Source: a virus (lineage: Duplodnaviria; Caudoviricetes). Taken from it: a stretch of 25,061 bases of DNA. Location: IMG/VR virus record IMGVR_UViG_3300031836_000045, positions 1 through 25,061 of that record; one strand, given 5' to 3'. The translations under genes and the position numbers were made by a program. The notes under the pieces were generated by a model. That model saw nothing but the letters and a program-made list of their open reading frames with translations, had not been told where the DNA came from and made no database searches. Positions 16,660 to 24,460 of the stretch are shown piece by piece. Within the stretch, counting starts at the first letter, position 1. Each line of letters starts with the position of its first letter.

Positions 16660-17936
16660 GGTGCTCCTTCGTTAGGCGTGAAGTCCGGTCCAGGTACCGG
16701 TAGTCCTGCGCCGATGCGGTTTGCGAGTGCGCGGAGTTCGTCGGAGGTGATGCCCTTGCCGACGGCGAGGTAGCCCTGCTGGAGGATCCTCGCGATATTC
16801 GAAGCCCGATCGTCCTCTGACAGTCCGGACTCCCCCATCTCGAGTGGTGGGAGGTTCTCCAGTTCGCGTGCCTCGTTGACGGTCTTGAGGCCAGCACCCA
16901 CTTCGAGGATGAGTAACTTGCGTCGGGTGTCGGGGTCGAGGCGTAGCAGGCCATCGGTGTTGAGCTTCACGAACCCGCGCCCAGGCACCACACGGGACAG
17001 TGCCTTCTCGCGGCGGACGATCGCAGGACCAAAGTGCATGATGAGGAACTGCAGGTTGCGTTGGCTGATGTTCGCGTAGGTGATCGACTGGCCCGACACG
17101 GCGCCATCGATCATGTCCGCGGGTACGTCGAAGAAGCGGGCAACGTCGACGACGGTGTGGTCCATGAGGTCGAGGAAGCCGACGTCCTTGGCGCGGGCAC
17201 CTTGGACGTCGATGGCCCACTCTTTGCCCACGACTGCCGGCTCACCGTTCTGCATTGACGCAGCAACACGTCGCTGCACCAGTGCCGCATCGGTCGCGTT
17301 CAACTCGCGGGTGGTGCTCCTCATGATCATGCTCGGCGTCGCACCACGGTCGAACCAGTCGAGGGTGAACTGCAAAGCGGAGGCGTAGGTGCTGATGGTG
17401 CGTGCCGCGAACGCGATCGGGGACAGACCCAACGGTGAACCGGCCTCGGTGTACTGGCGCTCATGCCAGATCTCGGCTGGGTTGTAGCTCTTGTTCTTGA
17501 CGCGGTACTCGTCAATTCGGGAGCCCTTGCCCACCACCGAGACGTCTTCGGCGGCCACCAGGTGAATCTCGCGAGGTAGCCCGTTGCCGTCGCGCGCTGT
17601 GATGATACCGAACGCGTTGCCGTACCGGTCCAGATCGAGGCGTGTGGCGTAGAGCCACTCGACGATGTCCATCGGTTGGCCTTCGCCCCACGTGTCCGGC
17701 GTGACGAGAACTTCGGGGACGGTCGTCGGCACCTGCAGTCCCGAGCCGGTGTACCGGGTGTAGCAGTCGACGGGGAGTGTGGACTCCAATGAAGCGCGCA
17801 GTCGAAGCGCTGCCCACACTGCGGACGTCCGCATGGCGGCGACGGTGGAGACCTGCCCACCAGAAGAGCTGCCGCGGCGCGTCGGGATGCCCGCATCGGC
17901 TCCTGAGATGCGGCGCTGGGGGAAGAGGAACCCCAC
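16656..17936 (-). CDS. Portal protein (HK97 family)
   Basis: SAVWAALRL, YGNAF, GLSPI, VARFFDVP, TYANISQ, TVNEARELENLPPL. Start placed at GTG 17936. Confidence 0.95.
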   Translation of the reverse strand: MGFLFPQRRISGADAGIPTRRGSSSGGQVSTVAAMRTSAVWAALRLRASLESTLPVDCYTRYTGSGLQVPTTVPEVLVTPDTWGEGQPMDIVEWLYATRLDLDRYGNAFGIITARDGNGLPREIHLVAAEDVSVVGKGSRIDEYRVKNKSYNPAEIWHERQYTEAGSPLGLSPIAFAARTISTYASALQFTLDWFDRGATPSMIMRSTTRELNATDAALVQRRVAASMQNGEPAVVGKEWAIDVQGARAKDVGFLDLMDHTVVDVARFFDVPADMIDGAVSGQSITYANISQRNLQFLIMHFGPAIVRREKALSRVVPGRGFVKLNTDGLLRLDPDTRRKLLILEVGAGLKTVNEARELENLPPLEMGESGLSEDDRASNIARILQQGYLAVGKGITSDELRALANRIGAGLPVPGPDFTPNEGAP

Positions 17937-17938
17937 GG

Positions 17939-18085
17939 TTAGCCACCCATCCTGTAGCCGATGTACGCGAAGGACGCGCCACCGACGATGAAGCCGAGCG
18001 GGATCGCTATCAGCACGGCGCCGGCGGTCACGGCAGCGACTCCGATGAGGGTGATCACGGTGCCGAGGTTTGATTTCTTGAGCAT
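17939..18085 (-). CDS. Small two-TM membrane protein between TerL and portal
   Basis: SD AGGAGG 7 nt before ATG; 48 aa, almost entirely hydrophobic. Confidence 0.75.
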   Translation of the reverse strand: MLKKSNLGTVITLIGVAAVTAGAVLIAIPLGFIVGGASFAYIGYRMGG

Positions 18086-18096
18086 CAGCAAGCCTC

Positions 18097-19575
18097 CTAG
18101 AGGACAGTTTCGGCGGGACTCTGACCACTGGGGGGGTCTTCGAGCCATTGATGGCGGGCAAGTGTGACGGCGTAGCACGGCGATATGTCGCCCATTCCGC
18201 GGCCGCGGAACCAGATGAAGCCGTTGCCGTAGGTCCGTTTAGCGACACCCGCGAACGCTTCGTTCTGGTCGGCGTCGTCGACGAACCACGCTTTGCGGTT
18301 GACGACATCCGCGAAGAGACCACCGCACGCTGCGGCGACGTCGCGGGATCCGAGGACTACGACGTCGAAGTCCGCCTCTTCGAGGTCCCGCTTCAGCGCC
18401 ATTGCGGCACCGGTGCCGGCCAGCACTACGGTGTTGCCACCGCGATCTTCACGCAGCTGCTCGAGGTGGTCGACTACCCAGCCTGTGCCGAGTTCGTGAG
18501 CGACCAAAGAGAACGCGATGCGGCGTGACGGATCGACCGACTGGCCAGCCACTCCGATCGAGGAGTACTCGTGATCCGGGGCAATGTCCACTGACCATAC
18601 GGGCGGCACGTCGAAGTCGATCGGTGAGGACGGTGCATCCCAGGCGCACTCTCGGTACGCGAGTACCGGGATGACGGGGTCGACCTTCTGACCACCAGAC
18701 CAGATTCCACGATAGGGCCGGTCGAACTCTTCGAGGTTGGTGCGGTTCGCGTCCAGCTCGGTGCGGACATCGTCACTGCGGATGGTGTACCCCAGTGCCG
18801 GCATGAACAACGGCCACCGGGTGTCGTCCTGGCGATCGGCTTCGGGGTCTGGATCCGACCACTCGAAGTACGCGATGCGGGACTCCACGCCGGCCTCGAT
18901 GATCGCGCGACCGTCCAGCACCATCGGATACCAGAAGCCAGACTCGGTCTTGTTGCCGGCAGCTGAGAAGGTCCAGATCTGCGCACCCGGTCGAGTGATC
19001 ATCGTTGGCCGCACGTTCTGTGCTGCCGTGCCGTCGGCGTGCGCGAAGACCTCATCGGCGTGCCACTCGTCGAGCGTGCCACCGTGCGATGACGACTTCT
19101 TGACCGCGTCGATGAGCACCGTCGACTGGGTGGCGAAGCGGATCCGCTCGGCGCCCGTGCGGGCCACCCACCCCGGCTTGAGCCGGTTCGCACCAGGCTG
19201 CAGGACCGGGCGCAACCGCTCGAGGATCACCGAGTAGAAGTTCTCCTCAAGGCGCTCGAGCGCCTTGTTGCGGTCCTGCGCGGTGTACAGCGTCCGCGAG
19301 CGCGGCTCCGTGATAGCCCGGTGCGTGCTCTTCGAGACCATGATGGTGGTCTTGCCCGACTGGCGAGGCACCAAGGAGCGCACGTCGCGGTACCAGAAGT
19401 TGCCGCTGGCGGGGTCGATCTCGCACCCGACGTCGAGGACTAGGCGCTGCCAAGGCATGAGGTCCCAGCCGAGGAGCTTCGCGACACGTGCTACCTGCGG
19501 ACCCAGAGTGTCCCGTTGGGGGTTGCGGGGTGTCCCCCACTGTGGTGCCGGCAGGTAAGGGAGCTTAGCCGGCAC
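18097..19575 (-). CDS. terL: Terminase large subunit
   Basis: LMPWQ Q-motif, Walker A VPRQSGKTT, Walker B WHADE, nuclease WSVDIAPD. Start probably GTG 19575. Confidence 0.95.
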   Translation of the reverse strand: MPAKLPYLPAPQWGTPRNPQRDTLGPQVARVAKLLGWDLMPWQRLVLDVGCEIDPASGNFWYRDVRSLVPRQSGKTTIMVSKSTHRAITEPRSRTLYTAQDRNKALERLEENFYSVILERLRPVLQPGANRLKPGWVARTGAERIRFATQSTVLIDAVKKSSSHGGTLDEWHADEVFAHADGTAAQNVRPTMITRPGAQIWTFSAAGNKTESGFWYPMVLDGRAIIEAGVESRIAYFEWSDPDPEADRQDDTRWPLFMPALGYTIRSDDVRTELDANRTNLEEFDRPYRGIWSGGQKVDPVIPVLAYRECAWDAPSSPIDFDVPPVWSVDIAPDHEYSSIGVAGQSVDPSRRIAFSLVAHELGTGWVVDHLEQLREDRGGNTVVLAGTGAAMALKRDLEEADFDVVVLGSRDVAAACGGLFADVVNRKAWFVDDADQNEAFAGVAKRTYGNGFIWFRGRGMGDISPCYAVTLARHQWLEDPPSGQSPAETVL

Positions 19576-20170
19576 CTTCGGCGTCTCCGTTGCCGGTGAT
19601 GGCGTTGACGATGTCCTCAATGCTTGGACCCTGGGCGCCAGGCACCGGGTTGGCGCGTGGTGGCTCGAGTCGCTTCAGTGCGTCGAGGATGCGGATCTGC
19701 ATCGTGGAGATCAGGTCGAGCCGATCGATCTGGTCGGCGTTGTCGAGGATGAGGGCTGCCTGGCGTGCCATCGCAGAGACGGTGCGCTGAAACACGTAGG
19801 AGCCGTCGACTGCCGGCAGGTCCTCGATGAGTGCCTTCGAGATCTCACCGACCTCGAGGTTCTTGAGCAGTACCATCGCGGCCGGCGCTTCGGGCGTGGC
19901 CGGCAGCTGCACCTCGTCGGGCACGTCGACGACTGCCTTCTTCGAGGCGCGGTAGGCGCGCATGCGTGCCGTGTTCGCCCCCCGGCACGGGTCACACTTG
20001 CAGCCACGTCGATACCCGGGGAGCCCAGGCTCGAGACCGAGGATGTCGTGCCGGGTGCGGATGACGATGCGAGGCTTGGCCTCTTTCTTGGCTCGAGGCT
20101 TCGCCGCGGCCTTGGCCTTCGGTGTGGTCTTGTCTGAGGGTGACCGGCGCCGGCCAGAGGGCTTCGCCAT
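19565..20170 (-). CDS. Probable terminase small subunit with basic N-terminus and CxCxxC motif
   Basis: Between HNH and TerL, overlapping the TerL start; SD GGAGG; helical C-terminal half. Confidence 0.6.
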   Translation of the reverse strand: MAKPSGRRRSPSDKTTPKAKAAAKPRAKKEAKPRIVIRTRHDILGLEPGLPGYRRGCKCDPCRGANTARMRAYRASKKAVVDVPDEVQLPATPEAPAAMVLLKNLEVGEISKALIEDLPAVDGSYVFQRTVSAMARQAALILDNADQIDRLDLISTMQIRILDALKRLEPPRANPVPGAQGPSIEDIVNAITGNGDAEGAG

Positions 20171-20288
20171 GTCATCCTCCGATCACGTGTAATCCGGTTA
20201 CCAGGGCTTTTGTAAGCAGACAGAAAAATGAACATTGGGCGATCCCGCGGTCCTGGCATCCGCTAAAAGCGCGGCGCCGATGCCGGGG

Positions 20289-20615
20289 TCACCGGTCGAG
20301 GGCGTTCATCCGTGGCCGGCCGAAGAGCTGCTCGCGCAGTGGCTTGACCACGTTGTGGTGGCGGCGGTTGCGCTTCGAGTTGCACGACCGGTGTGCCGGG
20401 CGGAGGTTCGACAGGGCATCGCTGCCACCCTCGACCACCATGATGATGTGGTCGGCAGTGGCGGCCCGTGGGTGCAACCACCATCGGTCGCGTTGGTCCT
20501 CCGCGAAGTCATCCGCGAAGAGCATGGTCTTGAAGCACAGGGCGCACAGCGGGCGCGGGGCCAGGATGAACTGCCGGTTGCGGAGGTACTCCTGGGACTT
20601 GCGGGCGGCAGGCAT
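20289..20615 (-). CDS. HNH endonuclease (packaging-associated, HK97 gp74-like position)
   Basis: CALC ... ATADHI...GG...SNLRPAHRSCNSKR; SD GGAGG before ATG 20615. Confidence 0.9.
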   Translation of the reverse strand: MPAARKSQEYLRNRQFILAPRPLCALCFKTMLFADDFAEDQRDRWWLHPRAATADHIIMVVEGGSDALSNLRPAHRSCNSKRNRRHHNVVKPLREQLFGRPRMNALDR

Positions 20616-20750
20616 GGTGAACCTCCGCGTGTGCAGGTGGTGGGCCCTGGCCGCTGGACACCCCACCTGCAGTGGTACTCCCGGCGCGGACGTCTCCCAT
20701 CACGCGCGACCAGCCACACACGCCCGTCACCCTGCAAGACGCCGGACATG

Positions 20751-20782
20751 CGAAAGGCCCGAACACCAGGTGATCGGGCCTT
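20751..20782 (-). terminator. Intrinsic terminator in front of the late operon
   Basis: Minus strand AAGGCCCGA-tCACC-t-GGTGt-TCGGGCCTT-TCG: 9-bp outer stem (20754-20762/20774-20782) with inner extension, ending in a short U-run. Confidence 0.7.
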
Positions 20783-20818
20783 AGCGGGGGAAGCGTCTAG
20801 AGACACCTCACCCAGCAG

Positions 20819-21568
20819 TCACAATGGTACGCCTGAATCGGTGTCATCGTCCAGGGGTGCAGGGTCCGGCGTGTCGGACTCCGCCTCCTCGAGTTCCCTG
20901 CGTCGCTCGATCTCAGCGATCAGCAGCCCGATGTTCTCCTCATCCCACGCCTCACCACAGTCCTTGCACCACGCGATGCCCGTGACGGAGGTGGTGTCGA
21001 GGCGCACACGGATAGTGTCGACGTGGTCGCACAGTGGGCAGTGGATGTGTGGGGTCTGGGGTCGCTCCTCCAGGCCAGCCACGATCTTCGCTGCCACCCA
21101 CCAGGTGCGCACCAGCTTCTGCGCCTCAGCGATCTCCTTGTCCGTCAGCGTCGGCATACGCGCCGACATCAGACGCAGGTTCGCCTCGAGCCCACCGTGC
21201 TGCGCCTTGCCCGTGCCCCGGAGGAACGTCGCACACTGCACCTCGATACGGATCTCCACGTCGATCGCATCCAAGGCAGCCGCCGGCCGCGACTCATAAC
21301 CACCCGTCGAGTTCGATGCACCGTTTGTACCCTCTGAGGCGAGGCGGACTTGCTCCAGCAGCGGCGGCATCTGCACCGTGTGCCAACCACGGGGCGCATC
21401 CTCCCACCGGTCAACCACAGCATCGAACCTCCACCACGGCTCCGTCGTCTCGAACGCGTTCACAAACTGAGAGAGCCGATGCCGGATCTGCGACACCTTC
21501 CGCAGACGGTCGTACTCGTCAAGCTCAACAACCTCAGGGTGCTGAGGCGTAGCGGGCTTAGGCATCAT
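20819..21568 (-). CDS. Zn-ribbon protein, putative late-gene activator/antiterminator
   Basis: C-terminal CPLC...CKDC; PPLLEQV and YESRP motifs; last early gene before promoter, terminator and HNH. Confidence 0.7.
   Translation of the reverse strand: MMPKPATPQHPEVVELDEYDRLRKVSQIRHRLSQFVNAFETTEPWWRFDAVVDRWEDAPRGWHTVQMPPLLEQVRLASEGTNGASNSTGGYESRPAAALDAIDVEIRIEVQCATFLRGTGKAQHGGLEANLRLMSARMPTLTDKEIAEAQKLVRTWWVAAKIVAGLEERPQTPHIHCPLCDHVDTIRVRLDTTSVTGIAWCKDCGEAWDEENIGLLIAEIERRRELEEAESDTPDPAPLDDDTDSGVPL
20824..20853 (-). promoter_or_regulatory. Candidate late promoter: -35 TGGACG, 18 nt, -10 TACCAT
   Basis: SigA-like hexamers in the last codons of 20819..21568, pointing into the late operon. Confidence 0.5.
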
Positions 21569-22584
21569 GACCCTTCCCCAGCATCGGCGGGTGACTTGGG
21601 CTTGCCACGGCGAGACCTAGAGCGTGGCGGACGTCCAGGCACGGGCCCAGCCAGACCCGTACCGGCAAGACCAGGTAAGGCACTACCCGTCCCGTCCCGA
21701 CCCGGGGGCGCCAGATCGGGGAGACCCCGAATCATTTGATCGGCGCCAGATACGCCGTCAGAGCCCCTAGGAGGGGGGTCTGGCGGTGGTGGGGTCGCGT
21801 TCGCCTTGCCGGGTCGCTGGCCAGTCGTCGCGTGCTCCGAGGCGGTCCGCTGGCCCGTGGGGGTCGCGTCCTCCGTCTCGGTCCGCTGGCGGCTGGTCGC
21901 GGTACCCGGCAAGGTCCGCTGACCGTTGATGTACTCGATGATCTCGTTCTTAGTGGGCCACTTGCCGAGAGCCTTCTTGACGTGGGCCTTGGTCTTAGTG
22001 CCGTACTGAGGGGCGCGTGGCGCTTCGGTCGCTTCAGCCATGGGGTCGTTCTGGCAACCGAAGCAGTACACGACGTACTCCTGCTGCCTCGTGGGCTGTT
22101 GGCCGATGTCGATGTGCTCCCAGGTGCCGCCGGCGGGGCTCTTGCGATCCGACCAGTTCACTGTGCGCCCACACGAACGACAGTTGTCGCCGTCGCGGAG
22201 CAACGCCATGATCGTGAGGCGAGGGTTCTTCGCGTCACGCTTGCGGATTCGGTTACGATCGATCTCGTCCTGCAGCAGCAGGTGGATGTAGTTCGGGTCG
22301 TTGACGAGGCAATACCCCGTGCCGTCCGGCACCCACACTTTGGCGGCCACAAGGCGCTCCATGAGCCAGTCCGCGTACTGCTTGGACCCGGCCATCTGCA
22401 GCACCATTGACCGCGTGACACGGCGGTCGGTGTCGTCGTGCTCCTTACCCCCCGACTCGCCAGCCAGGCGCACAGAGAAGCCCGCGACCTCATTGACGTG
22501 GCGGATGTCGCCGTCGTCGAGCTCGAGCGGGTACAGCGTGCGGGGGTCGTAGGCGAAAGTGTCGCCAACGCGGACAAAGCTCAC
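21565..22584 (-). CDS. Replication-initiator-like protein with degenerate HNH/Zn domain and repetitive C-terminus
   Basis: N-terminal MSFVRVGDTFAYDP resembles actinophage Rep starts; RDGDNCRSC...WEH...CFGC; internal repeats and GRDGTG tail. Confidence 0.65.
   Translation of the reverse strand: MSFVRVGDTFAYDPRTLYPLELDDGDIRHVNEVAGFSVRLAGESGGKEHDDTDRRVTRSMVLQMAGSKQYADWLMERLVAAKVWVPDGTGYCLVNDPNYIHLLLQDEIDRNRIRKRDAKNPRLTIMALLRDGDNCRSCGRTVNWSDRKSPAGGTWEHIDIGQQPTRQQEYVVYCFGCQNDPMAEATEAPRAPQYGTKTKAHVKKALGKWPTKNEIIEYINGQRTLPGTATSRQRTETEDATPTGQRTASEHATTGQRPGKANATPPPPDPPPRGSDGVSGADQMIRGLPDLAPPGRDGTGSALPGLAGTGLAGPVPGRPPRSRSRRGKPKSPADAGEGS
21794..21922. repeat. Four direct repeats GTCGCG-N11-GG(T/G)(C/T)CGCTG (iteron-like)
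   Basis: Units start at 21794, 21827, 21863 and 21896 (spacing 33/36/33). Confidence 0.75.
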
Positions 22585-22602
22585 AGTCGATTCCTGTTCT
22601 GT

Positions 22603-22791
22603 CTAGTCGGAGCAACCGGCGCACTCGGCCGTGTAGGGGTTGACGAGACCACCGCAGCTGGTGCACTTGATGGGCGCCGGCGGGTGGCAGCGACGGCACG
22701 GGCACGAGACTCGCTGGTCGTTTTCGTCAAAGGCGAAGCCCGCACACAGGTGGTGCTTGCCGTCCCGGCACTCCGGGCACATGCGGATCAT
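22603..22791 (-). CDS. Small Cys-rich Zn-binding protein
   Basis: CPEC..KHHLC, CPCRRC, CTSC, CAGC in 62 aa; ATGA overlap. Confidence 0.75.
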   Translation of the reverse strand: MIRMCPECRDGKHHLCAGFAFDENDQRVSCPCRRCHPPAPIKCTSCGGLVNPYTAECAGCSD

Positions 22792-23024
22792 GACTTCTCC
22801 TCTAGGTCGATCTCGGTGACTGCACGGCGACGTCGCTGCTCCTCGAGGAGGAAGTTCACCATGCTGCGTCCGATGCGCTCGGCTCGAGCCTGACTCCCCA
22901 ACACGCTCTTGCTATGGCCGCGCAGGCCGACGGTCGCGCTCACCAACCAGCCAACGCGACGAGGCTCGATGCGGAGACGCCCCGCGGCGGGCAGCACGGC
23001 CGGCGGCTTTTCTCGGTTGGTCAT
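22788..23024 (-). CDS. Hypothetical protein
   Basis: ATGA overlaps at both ends. Confidence 0.7.
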   Translation of the reverse strand: MTNREKPPAVLPAAGRLRIEPRRVGWLVSATVGLRGHSKSVLGSQARAERIGRSMVNFLLEEQRRRRAVTEIDLEEKS

Positions 23025-23389
23025 TGGTTGCCCTTCTCGATGGCTTGTTCGTCAACTGGGATGTGTTGGGCCGCGATGGTCGCGACGGCGCGGATCACCT
23101 CGATGAAGATGTTCCACACCTCTTCGAGTTCGGCCAATTTGTCGCCGTTGACCATGTGCTTCGGGACGTCCACGTCCCCGTCGCGGACCCATGCGGTGAA
23201 GTCATTGCGGTAGAGGATGCGCCCACCGTTGCGGGCCTCATCCCAGACCGTGACGTCGTGGGGATAGACGAGGAACTCGCCAGAACGTCGAGGTGAGGCC
23301 ATCACAATGAACGTGCCGGTCAAGCGAGCGCCGTCGACCCCCACGACGTGCCAGAACCGGGCCATGCTGTGTGCCTTGATGTCACTCAT
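23021..23389 (-). CDS. Hypothetical protein
   Basis: ATGA overlaps at both ends; protein-like composition. Confidence 0.75.
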   Translation of the reverse strand: MSDIKAHSMARFWHVVGVDGARLTGTFIVMASPRRSGEFLVYPHDVTVWDEARNGGRILYRNDFTAWVRDGDVDVPKHMVNGDKLAELEEVWNIFIEVIRAVATIAAQHIPVDEQAIEKGNQ

Positions 23390-23772
23390 GAGTCACCGTC
23401 CGACGCGTCAACATCTGGTTTCACGAGCGTGATGTGCGTCTCGCCAGTGCGACGATCCAGGGACGCCTCTTGGAAGATCGCGCTGATCTCGTCGGCGAGG
23501 TAGAGGGCCAGGGTGCTCTGGCCCGTGCGCTCCTGCATGGCACGGCGCATGAGCCGCTCACCGCTGGCGGCGTCCTCGGGACGGATCTGCTCGACGCGAA
23601 GGATGCGCAAGGTGGGCTCCTCGTCGCCCGTGTCGACGTTCTGGGTGACCTTCGCTGTATCGACAACCGCGATCAAGACGTGACGACGGGTTGGATCCTC
23701 GACGAACTGGCCGACCAGGTGGCCGATGCCGTTGCGGTCTTCCTTGGGCAGTGAGCCAGAGAGCTTGGTCAT
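23386..23772 (-). CDS. Hypothetical phage protein (MTKLSGSLPKEDRNG...)
   Basis: ATG 23772 in ATGA overlap with the upstream stop, SD GAAGGA; the listed longer N-terminus is out-of-frame overlap. Confidence 0.8.
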   Translation of the reverse strand: MTKLSGSLPKEDRNGIGHLVGQFVEDPTRRHVLIAVVDTAKVTQNVDTGDEEPTLRILRVEQIRPEDAASGERLMRRAMQERTGQSTLALYLADEISAIFQEASLDRRTGETHITLVKPDVDASDGDS

Positions 23773-24254
23773 GATCGGTCCTTCTGGTCGTCGCGCATGG
23801 GGACGTTGAGCACGGGCACCTTCACCGTGTCCGCGAGCGCTGGTGTGTGGGTGTGGATGGTTTTGAAGATGAGTGTGTTTGTGATGGCCAAGTCGACGGC
23901 CTTTGCTGTGAGTGCTGAGTGCTTGAGGACTCGAACTTGCCAGGGGTGCAGTGCGTGGGCGAGCACTGTGGTGAGTGCGATGCAGTGGATCCCTAGTGCG
24001 TTGGCAAGGTAGATCTCGATGCCGGCGCCCTTTGAGTTCTCCCACCCGTCGAGGTACACCAGTGCGTCGGCGTGTTGGATGAGTTCGACGAGGTCATGGC
24101 GCATGTACTCGACCCAGGTGTCGCACGTGGGGGCTTCAGCGGGGTTGACGACTTCGAAGCCGCGGTCGCGCAGCTGCTCGGCGGCGGCGTTGAAAGCGGG
24201 GTAGTTGTTGTCGGGCAGGCCCGTCATCGGTCCCGACAGGTAGATGGTAGTCAT
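23769..24254 (-). CDS. DUF4406-like (nucleoside 2-deoxyribosyltransferase-like fold) protein
   Basis: IYLSGPMTG...NYPAF...VVNPAE...W..YMR.DL...DALVYLDGWENSKGAGIE; ATG 24254 with SD GAGG. Confidence 0.88.
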   Translation of the reverse strand: MTTIYLSGPMTGLPDNNYPAFNAAAEQLRDRGFEVVNPAEAPTCDTWVEYMRHDLVELIQHADALVYLDGWENSKGAGIEIYLANALGIHCIALTTVLAHALHPWQVRVLKHSALTAKAVDLAITNTLIFKTIHTHTPALADTVKVPVLNVPMRDDQKDRS

Positions 24255-24460
24255 CGTGACTCCACCTCGAGTCCGTGGTCGCTGATCCACTGGTCGACGG
24301 CGCGCGAGAAAGACCGACTGAACGTCTCCACGAGTGCATCGGTGTTCTTTGCGGTCTCGCGCACCTTGGGGCACGGCTCGCTAGCGAGTGACTTCGCGAT
24401 GGTTGCACCGCAGCCATGGCAGTCGGTGGTCGCGAGCGCGGTGTTGGGTGGGCGTCTCAT
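24251..24460 (-). CDS. Small hypothetical protein with CxxC
   Basis: ATG 24460 in ATGA overlap; CHGC...PCP; its stop overlaps the next ATG. Confidence 0.65.
   Translation of the reverse strand: MRRPPNTALATTDCHGCGATIAKSLASEPCPKVRETAKNTDALVETFSRSFSRAVDQWISDHGLEVESR

Noticed and set aside
17937-18323. 129-aa N-terminal extension of the portal
   Set aside because: Overlaps the TerL 3' end and a small membrane gene with a strong SD; portal-like sequence begins at GTG 17936.
21794-21922. Mini-CRISPR array
   Set aside because: Conserved blocks are only 6 and 9 nt with 11-nt variable parts, in frame within a CDS, and no cas genes are present.
23773-24045. His-rich N-terminal extension of the 23386 ORF
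   Set aside because: Out-of-frame overlap with the DUF4406-like gene; the ATGA-coupled start at 23772 is better.
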